Part shown: positions 42,917-49,549 of the stretch, piece after piece | How positions within the stretch are numbered: the first letter of the stretch is position 1 | How the letters are laid out: every line of letters begins with the position of its first letter | Position numbers and translations under genes: made by a program | IMG/VR virus record: IMGVR_UViG_3300047509_000025 | Span: 1 to 49,549 of that record | Length of the DNA: 49,549 bases | Source: a virus | Taxonomy: Duplodnaviria; Caudoviricetes | Strand: one strand, 5' to 3' | Notes under the pieces: generated by a model | The model's input: the letters and a program-made list of their open reading frames with translations, nothing else | Database searches by the model: none | What the model was told of the DNA's origin: nothing

Positions 42917-44244
42917 GGCGCCGCCTGGAACAGCCGCTTGATCGCCACCACGCCGTCGGTGCGCTCGATGATCTCGAATGCCTCGCCGATGTCCATCATC
43001 CCACCGAGTTGGCGGAACATCGCGCCGGCATAATGGACGCCTTCGACGGTCAGCACGTCGGCGATATCATCGTAGGCGAACGCGAGCGGCAGGTGGGAGG
43101 CGACAGTCGTCTCATCCGCGCCGCTGTCGATGGTCACAGCGAAAGCTGGATCAGGCTCAGCAAAAACGTCGATCCCGACAACCCCGTCAGCGGTGTTGAC
43201 CAACATAATGCAGGAATCAGCCGCTGGCGCTGCGAACGTCCCTTCGAGCACCGCCACGACCGTCTCTGTCGGCAGGGCCGCCACGCGCTCGGCTTCGGCC
43301 TTGGCGTCGACCCGCGCTTGCTCGGCGCGCGCTGCTGCAGCCTGGGTAGCGGCGAACGCCTTGCGCTCCAGTTCGAACGCTTCACGCTCGCCGGCCAGAC
43401 GCGACTGCTCGGCGGCGGCAGCGGCCTGCGCGCGGGCGATCTCGGCCTGCTGGGCTTCGAGCTGGCGCTTGGTCTCGGCGGCCACGCGTTCGCACTCTGC
43501 CTTCGCCGCTTCGTCGACGACGCGCTGGCGTTCGGCCTGTTCCGCTGCGGCCTTGCGTGTGGCTTCGGCCAGTTCGGCGCGCTGGCGCTCGATCTCAAGG
43601 GCCGCCACGCGATTCGCTTCGGCCTGCTCTGCCTGGCGCACTGCTTCGTCCTCGCGCGCCTTGGCTGCGTGATACAGGTCGTTCAGCGCACGGATGGCCG
43701 ACAGCACGGCGCCGCTGGCTTCGTCAGCCAATTCAGCGAAGTCGGCGCTGGTGTCGAACTGCTCGAGCGCTGCTTTTTCGGATGCGATCACTTCCGACGT
43801 TTCGCCGGCCATGCCCAGCGGGATGCCGCGGATCGCTTCGATCTTGGCGCGGATGGCGGCGATGCGGGCCTGCTCGATGCGTTCGCGCTCGGCCTTCTCT
43901 TCGGCCAGCTTCTTCTCGTGCGCCTTGATCTGGGCGTCGATCGGGTCTTCCAGCGCGGTCAGTTTTCCGGTGATGTCCTTCGCTTCCTGGTCGATGTCCT
44001 TGCAGCGCTGGAGCGCCGGGGCCTTGATCTGGACGCGCATCTTTTCCAGGCCGACCCGCAGGTTGCGCAGTTCGGCGCGCGCCGCGACCGCATCCTTCAT
44101 GCCGGCGGTGGTGGCGACCGGAAAGATAACCTTCTCGTACTTGCCGCGCAGTTCGCCCAGCGCCGCAGCGGTGGTCGAGTATTCGGCGATCTTGGTGGTG
44201 ATGGCCGGCACTGGTGCTGGCGCGATGATGTCCTGCTCTTGCAT
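42913..44244 (-). CDS. Coiled-coil early protein
   Basis: AGGAG RBS; TAGMK.A..ARAELR.LR..LEK.R..IKAP, long Ala/Glu/Arg coiled coil. Confidence 0.8.
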   Translation of the reverse strand: MQEQDIIAPAPVPAITTKIAEYSTTAAALGELRGKYEKVIFPVATTAGMKDAVAARAELRNLRVGLEKMRVQIKAPALQRCKDIDQEAKDITGKLTALEDPIDAQIKAHEKKLAEEKAERERIEQARIAAIRAKIEAIRGIPLGMAGETSEVIASEKAALEQFDTSADFAELADEASGAVLSAIRALNDLYHAAKAREDEAVRQAEQAEANRVAALEIERQRAELAEATRKAAAEQAERQRVVDEAAKAECERVAAETKRQLEAQQAEIARAQAAAAAEQSRLAGEREAFELERKAFAATQAAAARAEQARVDAKAEAERVAALPTETVVAVLEGTFAAPAADSCIMLVNTADGVVGIDVFAEPDPAFAVTIDSGADETTVASHLPLAFAYDDIADVLTVEGVHYAGAMFRQLGGMMDIGEAFEIIERTDGVVAIKRLFQAAP

Positions 44245-44316
44245 GGTGACTCTCCTGAATTTATTTGAGATTGCCGGCCGTTGCCGGCATTGGTCGCTGG
44301 ACTGGTTCGCTTGTAA

Positions 44317-44898
44317 TTAGCCGTCGCTGCGCAGGCTGAGCGCCGTGGAATTGTCCACGATCAGAGCAGTAAGCTTGTCGGCCACTTGAGTTTTGATTTT
44401 CTCGGTCACAAGCTGTTCGATGTCCTTCTTGACCTTTTCGCCCAACTCTTTGACCTTCGCATCGACCATGGCCGGGATGCTCTTGGTCGCGTAGAAGTCG
44501 AAGTGCGAATACTCGGCACGGCTGCCGCCGTAGCCATCGGAGGATGCTGGGCGGCCATCGCTGGTCAGCGTTTTCCTGGTAATGGCGCCATCGACTGCCT
44601 CGATCAGCAGTGATTCGATGGTGAAGTTTTCCTTCTTGACGCGGCCATATTCATCGGTCGAAGTGCGGTTCACATCCATCAGCGATGCCACCTTTTCCGT
44701 GACCATCGTGTTGATGTTAGCCGTCACCAGCGACATGATTTGCTCGTCGATCTTTTGTTGCGCTGACTTCATGACGGTATCGGTCAGCTTCGCCAGCACC
44801 TTGTTTTCGATGCTCGTGATGATTTGATGCTTCACTTCTTGGTCAATCGAGGAATCTTCTTCGATCCAATCCAGATCGATTTCTACGGCAAATTTCAT
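44317..44898 (-). CDS. Hypothetical protein
   Basis: AGGGAG RBS, 193 aa, helical. Confidence 0.8.
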   Translation of the reverse strand: MKFAVEIDLDWIEEDSSIDQEVKHQIITSIENKVLAKLTDTVMKSAQQKIDEQIMSLVTANINTMVTEKVASLMDVNRTSTDEYGRVKKENFTIESLLIEAVDGAITRKTLTSDGRPASSDGYGGSRAEYSHFDFYATKSIPAMVDAKVKELGEKVKKDIEQLVTEKIKTQVADKLTALIVDNSTALSLRSDG

Positions 44899-44935
44899 GG
44901 CGTTGCTCCCTTTGTGGTTGTGGTTGTGCTGCTGG

Positions 44936-45220
44936 TTATTCGTCGTCGTTCTGGTAAGGCTGGGTCAGGCTGGCATCGTCGAACACATCGGCTTCGCAGC
45001 AGTTGCTGACGGTGCGCACATCGCGGTGGGTGCTGACGCTGCCCCAATACTCGGTTACGCCGTAGCCGAAGTCGGCGCGCCCGGCGCGGCACGGCTCGCC
45101 GCACTCGCCGCAGAACGGGCCGTGCTGCTTGCCGATGCACTGCCCGCCGCCAAGCCGGTGCGGAAAGCCATAGTGCTTGCAGGTGCAGACAACCGCCGTT
45201 TTGAGTTGCACGCCCATCAT
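44936..45220 (-). CDS. Cys/His-rich metal-binding protein (94 aa)
   Basis: CTC..Y.FPHR.GGG.C, CGEC..C, SNCCEA; ATGA-coupled. Confidence 0.7.
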   Translation of the reverse strand: MMGVQLKTAVVCTCKHYGFPHRLGGGQCIGKQHGPFCGECGEPCRAGRADFGYGVTEYWGSVSTHRDVRTVSNCCEADVFDDASLTQPYQNDDE

Positions 45221-45558
45221 TCCCCCTCGACGGTCTTGGCCGTCAGCGCGCGCAGTTCGTCGCGCAGAGTCACGATGTGCTGCCGGGTTTCGGCGTCCAT
45301 CTTCCATTCGCTGATCAGGTTGAAGAAGCCGGCCGCGCGCTTCATCGCCTTTGCAGCGCGCACCGGGATCTCGCCGCCGGTCGCGCGCCGGTTCTCGTAG
45401 GCCAGCACGTCTTCGATCCGGTAGCGGATCGTGTTGTGGCCCAGGTCGAGGAACTGGGGCCCGGCGCCGGTCTTGCGCCAGGACTGGATCGTGCGAACGC
45501 TTTTCTTCCAGCGCTCCGACAGTTCGGTTTCGGTAAGGCGGGCATCCATGGCGGTCAC
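45217..45558 (-). CDS. AlpA/Xis-like HTH protein
   Basis: LTETELSERW..SVRTIQSWR..GAGPQF..LG...IRYR.EDV. Confidence 0.85.
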   Translation of the reverse strand: MTAMDARLTETELSERWKKSVRTIQSWRKTGAGPQFLDLGHNTIRYRIEDVLAYENRRATGGEIPVRAAKAMKRAAGFFNLISEWKMDAETRQHIVTLRDELRALTAKTVEGE

Positions 45559-46415
45559 TCCGCTGCCTGCTGCGGTGCCGGGCCGGCCTTGCCAACGATG
45601 TCGTTCAGTCGCGACGACTTATTCGCTTCGCGCGGCGGCGCAGTCAGCTTCGCCTTGCGGCCATTCACGGCAGCGACGAAGTCACGGAAGTCGAAATCGG
45701 TGCCCTTGGCCTTGATCTCGGCGTCGCCGTCCTTCCAGACCTGCTCGAGCGCCGGCAGGTCGGCAGCGCGCGCGGCGGCGCCGCACCACTTGTCGGCCAG
45801 CGCCGTGTCAAGCGCAGCGGCCTGCCCGTCGTCGTCCGCCTGATCGTGCGTGGCCAGGCCGGTGGCGGCCAGCAAGGTATAACGCTGAAGGTAGGTGATC
45901 GCCGATGCGACCTGCTGGATCTGGTTCTTCTTGCCGCTGTCGTCCTTGGCGGCCTGCATCGACACGCTTTCGCTGTGTCCCATGCGGTGCGTGATCTTGC
46001 AGGTGACGGTCGCCATGCTGCCGTCCTGCTTCACGTCCCAGCTATGGGAGAAGCCGTGCGCCGCCAGTCCTTCGACGATGGCGTTGGTGACGTTGCCTAG
46101 CGTGGCGTGCTTGTAGCCGGTGAAGGTGCCGTCCTTGTTCTCGTAGCCGACCAGCTTGTCCTTGACGATGGTCGGCGGGTTCTTCTTGAACTCGGCCATG
46201 TCGGCGACGTAGGCCTTGCGCGCCTGGTCGGCTTCCCACTCGCGCTGGAGCTGCATGAAGTCGCGGATCTGCTCGATGCTGCCGCCGTTCTTCATGGCAT
46301 ACAGCACGATATCGGCGGGCGTGGCCGGTACGGTCGCCAGAGCGCGCGGCGCCGGGTCAAGATCCTGCTGGCAGCGCGGCTGGACCTGCGTGGAAAGATT
46401 GTTTTCGGTGTTCAT
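45555..46415 (-). CDS. ERF-family single-strand annealing protein
   Basis: YKHATL, VTCKITH.MGHSE, NQIQQ.ASAITYLQRYTL.A.TG....DDDG. Confidence 0.9.
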   Translation of the reverse strand: MNTENNLSTQVQPRCQQDLDPAPRALATVPATPADIVLYAMKNGGSIEQIRDFMQLQREWEADQARKAYVADMAEFKKNPPTIVKDKLVGYENKDGTFTGYKHATLGNVTNAIVEGLAAHGFSHSWDVKQDGSMATVTCKITHRMGHSESVSMQAAKDDSGKKNQIQQVASAITYLQRYTLLAATGLATHDQADDDGQAAALDTALADKWCGAAARAADLPALEQVWKDGDAEIKAKGTDFDFRDFVAAVNGRKAKLTAPPREANKSSRLNDIVGKAGPAPQQAAE

Positions 46416-46443
46416 GACGCGGTACTCCTAGAATGTGTGGTGA

Positions 46444-46647
46444 TCAGCGGTCGACGTACGAAACCGGCTGGACTTCGAAGCGGCGGTCCGGGCAGACTTG
46501 TTTCAGCAGGTCGATGTCTTCGTCCGAGCGGCCTTTGCCGTCGTAGCTGCGCAGCACCCGCTTGATGATGGCGCGTTCCTGGCCGTCTGGTGTGGTGATG
46601 GTCTCGATTTCAACGAGCACGACGTTGTCGAAGGTGGCCATGATCAA
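46444..46647 (-). CDS. Hypothetical protein (67 aa)
   Basis: Coupled between the YqaJ and ERF genes. Confidence 0.65.
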   Translation of the reverse strand: MIMATFDNVVLVEIETITTPDGQERAIIKRVLRSYDGKGRSDEDIDLLKQVCPDRRFEVQPVSYVDR

Positions 46648-47681
46648 GCTGCTTCCGAGATACGCACGTTACGGAAAGGCGCGACGGTCGCTTCGATCTC
46701 GCATTCCTTGATCTGCGAGACGGAAATCGAAATGCGCTGGCTGGCCTGCCGGGTGTAGCAGCGGTACGATTCCTTGTTGGTGCCGGCGCTGATCTTGAAG
46801 CCGTCGGCGGCGATCGATTTGGCCGCCTGGACGATGGTCAGGATCTCGGCTTTCGCGGCGCTCTTGCGCTCGGCTGCCGCCTTCTCGTCGGCGCCGGCCG
46901 CCTTGTAGGCCATGCACAGGGCGGCCAGGTGGGCGTTGTCGGTCAGGTCGATGCTCGAACCGTCGTTGTCGCGGTAGACGCGGGCGATGGTGGCGCCGTC
47001 CTTGGTGAAGTCCGGCGGCGGCACGTCACCCATGTCGACGCCCAGCCAGAACTCGGCGCACTTGAGCCGAATTGCCTCGCCGACGGCGGCGTCGCGCTCG
47101 CGGAACACGATCTTTGGTGTGTTTCCGCCAACAAGTGGTGCGATTATCGACCACTCCAGACCTGCCACTTCCAACTGGTGCGAGACTTGGAACTCAATGT
47201 GCGGCGGCGCCTCGATGACTTCGCCGTCGTCGAGCCACGCGCGGCGGAATTGCAGGCCATCGACATTCTTGATCTCGAGGATGCCTTCGCCGTGCTTGCG
47301 GAACAGGTCGCGCGCCGTCTCGTCGCCTTCGTAGTGCTCGGCCAGGCCGACGATCTTAAAGTCGAACGACGAGCCCATGCGCAGTTCGGGGATGCGCATA
47401 TAGCATTTGAACGGCGCCGCCAGCAGGCCGCAATCCTCGGCGACGCCGGCCGCGATCGCGGCTTCGAGGCGGTTGCCCCACACTGTGCGGTCCGATGCTT
47501 CGAACGGTGCCGGCGCCAGCAGGCCGGCCTTGACCTGGTGCAGCTCGTAGATGGTGCGGGCATTCTCGTAGACGCCGGCATTGAACAGGCCGGCGCATTC
47601 GGTGCTGGTCAGGTCTAGCTTGCGCGCGGCCAGCCAATCGGCTTCGGTCGCATGGGCGATGGTTTCGCGGGTGATCTGCAT
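46644..47681 (-). CDS. YqaJ-like (lambda exonuclease family) recombination nuclease
   Basis: WLAARK..LTSTE, WGNRLE..IA, SSFD, LEIKNVD, Q..HQL; GGAG RBS. Confidence 0.9.
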   Translation of the reverse strand: MQITRETIAHATEADWLAARKLDLTSTECAGLFNAGVYENARTIYELHQVKAGLLAPAPFEASDRTVWGNRLEAAIAAGVAEDCGLLAAPFKCYMRIPELRMGSSFDFKIVGLAEHYEGDETARDLFRKHGEGILEIKNVDGLQFRRAWLDDGEVIEAPPHIEFQVSHQLEVAGLEWSIIAPLVGGNTPKIVFRERDAAVGEAIRLKCAEFWLGVDMGDVPPPDFTKDGATIARVYRDNDGSSIDLTDNAHLAALCMAYKAAGADEKAAAERKSAAKAEILTIVQAAKSIAADGFKISAGTNKESYRCYTRQASQRISISVSQIKECEIEATVAPFRNVRISEAA

Positions 47682-47724
47682 GGTGCTCTCCGGTTGGTTA
47701 TGACTGGCACCGTCTGCGATGCCA

Positions 47725-47786
47725 TGGTCATATTATCAGCCCGGTGTTTTGAAAATGCAACCACTTTCGACGTGAAAATCGAACCA
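47725..47786 (-). promoter_or_regulatory. PL/OL: leftward early promoter with three operator boxes
   Basis: Minus strand TTGCAT-N17-GATAAT (47760-47732); boxes at 47725-47743, 47745-47763 and 47768-47786. Confidence 0.75.
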
Positions 47787-47801
47787 GTGTCGTAAAAAAC
47801 G

Positions 47802-48392
47802 TCAGTTACGGGTAAATAGCACCGGGGTGGCGAATTCGAGAATCACGCTCTCGCGCGTCGCCGGCCCAGACAGGTTGTAGGTGCCCTCGCGGTAGCCGCG
47901 CTTGACTGCTGCGACCACCTGTGGGCCACCCTTGATCTGTACATAGCACAGCCGCCCGAGCAGCGCCGGGTCGACCCCGTTGTGGGCGCGGCAGAAAAAT
48001 ACCGCCCCATCAAGCCAATCGAGCGGCGTGCCTGCCGTCCTGCACTGGATGGCGATCGCATTGTCCGGCAGATCGTCCGGCGCCGAAGTTCGCTCGACGA
48101 CGTCGGGCCCGTATTCCTCAACGGTTCCATCGCCGCGCATGGCGCCCACCACCGGCACCCGCTTGCCACTCACCGGGCGCACCGTGACGCCTGCGTTCTC
48201 GACAATCCGGTGCAGGGGTTCGCCGAAGATGTTGGACAGCTTGACCGCCTCATCGAGCTGAAGCTTACGCACACCCGAGAACACCAGGCTCAATTGGCTG
48301 TGGCTCATATCCATCGCCTTTCCCAGTCCACGCAACGACAGTTTCCTGTCGGCCATGAGGCTATCGAAATAGCGGCGGTTAACTTCTGACAT
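47802..48392 (-). CDS. CI-like repressor (XRE HTH plus degenerate S24-like domain), 196 aa
   Basis: LSLRGLGKAMDMSHSQLS...G.RKL HTH; VPVVG linker; VKR; divergent from the Cro-like gene and flanked by operators. Start chosen at ATG 48392. Confidence 0.8.
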   Translation of the reverse strand: MSEVNRRYFDSLMADRKLSLRGLGKAMDMSHSQLSLVFSGVRKLQLDEAVKLSNIFGEPLHRIVENAGVTVRPVSGKRVPVVGAMRGDGTVEEYGPDVVERTSAPDDLPDNAIAIQCRTAGTPLDWLDGAVFFCRAHNGVDPALLGRLCYVQIKGGPQVVAAVKRGYREGTYNLSGPATRESVILEFATPVLFTRN

Positions 48393-48434
48393 ACGGCTTC
48401 GTCCCAACTCTAGCCGGTTAGGCTTTAGCGCGGC

Positions 48435-48507
48435 TGTCGTGGAAATGCAACCATCATTGAGTTTCTTGTTGGTGGGAAAATCGAACCAGAGTAGACTATG
48501 CGCACCG
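48435..48507 (+). promoter_or_regulatory. PR/OR region
   Basis: TGTCGTGGAAATGCAACCA (48435-48453), TGGTGGGAAAATCGAACCA (48470-48488); TTGGTG-N17-TAGACT. Confidence 0.7.
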
Positions 48508-48534
48508 AATTGTTTTTCCATATCAAGGACCAAA

Positions 48535-48891
48535 ATGAACAGTAATGATGATAGTGCCGGATCACTGGCCGGCGAGCTTGATAAAACCCAAGCGTTGATC
48601 CCTGTCACCGACCTGAGCCAGGTCAAGACCGAAGCCCAGGTCACCGGCCCGCTGGCCAAAGTCCTGCGCAAAAACCTGAAGCACTCGCAATCCCGGTTCT
48701 GGAGCGCCATCGGCATCACGCAGTCCGGCGGTTGCCGCTACGAGCTGGGCGAACAGCCCATCCCCCAGCCCGTCCGCATCCTGATCTTTGCCCGCTACAT
48801 CGCCGGCCTGGAGATCGACGCCTCGACCAGAAAAGGGGCGGCCGAGTTGGTCAGATTAGCACACCTGCAGGCCGCGGCGCGCACGCAATAA
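48535..48891 (+). CDS. Cro-position XRE regulator (RsaL/BswR-like), 118 aa
   Basis: AAGGA RBS; LRK.L..SQSRFWSAIGITQSGGCRYE.G...IP.PV.IL. Confidence 0.8.
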   Translation: MNSNDDSAGSLAGELDKTQALIPVTDLSQVKTEAQVTGPLAKVLRKNLKHSQSRFWSAIGITQSGGCRYELGEQPIPQPVRILIFARYIAGLEIDASTRKGAAELVRLAHLQAAARTQ

Positions 48892-48925
48892 ACCCATATT
48901 TTTCTTAATTTCATACGAGAAATTT

Positions 48926-49435
48926 ATGCCTAAACCTCTGACGGCTCAGCAACTTCGTGAACGGCTTTTGTACGACCCAGTTACTGGCGAGTTTCGGCGG
49001 GTATCTAAGCATCAACCGCAATCAGGATGGAAACTCGCCGGGACGCTCCACAGCGGCGGATATGTCCAAATCGGAGTCGGAAATAGTTTGTACTTCGATC
49101 ACCGCTTGGCATGGCTTTACATGACGGGGTCCTGGCCAAAACACGACGTCGACCATTTCAATGGAGCCCGGACTGACAATCGATTTGCGAATCTTCGCGA
49201 TATCGAGAGGTACGAGAACCACGAAAACCAAACTCGTGTGTCGATCGACAACAGGTGTGGTTTCCTTGGCGTAAAGAAGACCAAGACGGGCTATCAAGCG
49301 CGCATCTGTAAGCGCGGGAAGCAAATGTATCTCGGTGTGTACCCAACGCCGGAATTGGCGCACCAGAGATACTTGGCTGCAAAGTCGGAATTTCACCCAA
49401 CCTCTTTTCTTGCTGGAGATAATAAATGTTTTTAA
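48926..49435 (+). CDS. HNH homing endonuclease with AP2-like C-terminus
   Basis: L.YDP.TGEF, HRLAWLYMTG.WP..VDH.NG.RTDNR..NLR, GFLGV, YLG.Y.T.E.AH; lower GC. Confidence 0.9.
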   Translation: MPKPLTAQQLRERLLYDPVTGEFRRVSKHQPQSGWKLAGTLHSGGYVQIGVGNSLYFDHRLAWLYMTGSWPKHDVDHFNGARTDNRFANLRDIERYENHENQTRVSIDNRCGFLGVKKTKTGYQARICKRGKQMYLGVYPTPELAHQRYLAAKSEFHPTSFLAGDNKCF

Positions 49436-49549
49436 TTGGCCTTGCACGACTCGGCAGAGACGCCGAAATTCGATTTCTTCCTGACGGAACGCCCGTCGCC
49501 AACCTGGCGCTGGCCTTCAACTACGGGAAAAAGGGCGCCGACGGCAAAC
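49426..49549 (+). CDS. ssb: Single-stranded DNA-binding protein (5' part, truncated by window end)
   Basis: GGAG RBS; MFLIGLARLGRDAEIRFLPDGTPVANLALAFNYGKKGADGK. Confidence 0.85.
   Translation, partial: MFLIGLARLGRDAEIRFLPDGTPVANLALAFNYGKKGADGK

Larger units (their letters stand above)
1..49549. mobile_element. Temperate podovirus-like phage genome (partial), excised/free form; Bcep22-like gene order
   Basis: Continuous phage modules (packaging, head, fibres, ejection, lysis, int/attP/xis, recombination, immunity); no tape measure, tail tube or sheath recognised; attP intact; no host genes. Confidence 0.95.

Noticed and set aside
44272-44289. Hairpin TGCCGGC-CGTT-GCCGGCA in an early-operon gap
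   Set aside because: No U-tract on either strand; function unsupported
47690-48535. Host LexA (CTGT-N8-ACAG) box in the immunity region
   Set aside because: None found by eye in the intergenic segments examined

Overview
The whole window is a GC-rich temperate tailed-phage genome opened just upstream of the terminase genes; no flanking host genes are visible. Gene order resembles Bcep22/BcepIL02-type podoviruses. The + strand carries terS, a GIY-YIG endonuclease, terL, portal, scaffold, a CsrA-like protein, an N4-gp56-type capsid, adaptors, two tail fibres, a nozzle, ejection proteins, a 2838-aa polyvalent protein, a lysis cassette and a 6.2-kb accessory beta-rich/Fn3 cassette. The - strand carries a tyrosine integrase, a PrtN-type excisionase, early genes, ERF/YqaJ recombination genes and a repressor, followed by rightward Cro-like, HNH and partial ssb genes. 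An intact attP carrying a replacement 5' end of dusA (FSVAPMMD) lies between int and xis, so this is the excised/free form. Two small genes resemble Oxalobacteraceae-type proteins (from recall), suggesting a Massilia/Janthinobacterium-like host. Most notable: (1) a DDxxD isoprenoid-synthase-like gene, at the position where related podoviruses have an acyltransferase, coupled to an ejection protein that starts Met-Cys-Cys (possible virion-protein prenylation); (2) a well-supported gene overprinted inside the giant polyvalent gene; (3) a 19-bp TGGT-N11-ACCA box, usually in tandem, at nine loci including late promoters and attP; (4) a Gp49/Acb4-like plus crAss001_48-like fusion, a candidate dual nucleotide-signal sponge; (5) atypical-codon patches in terL and ssb next to homing endonucleases; (6) RBS-sequestering leader hairpins. 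All family assignments come from motif recognition by eye, not from database searches.
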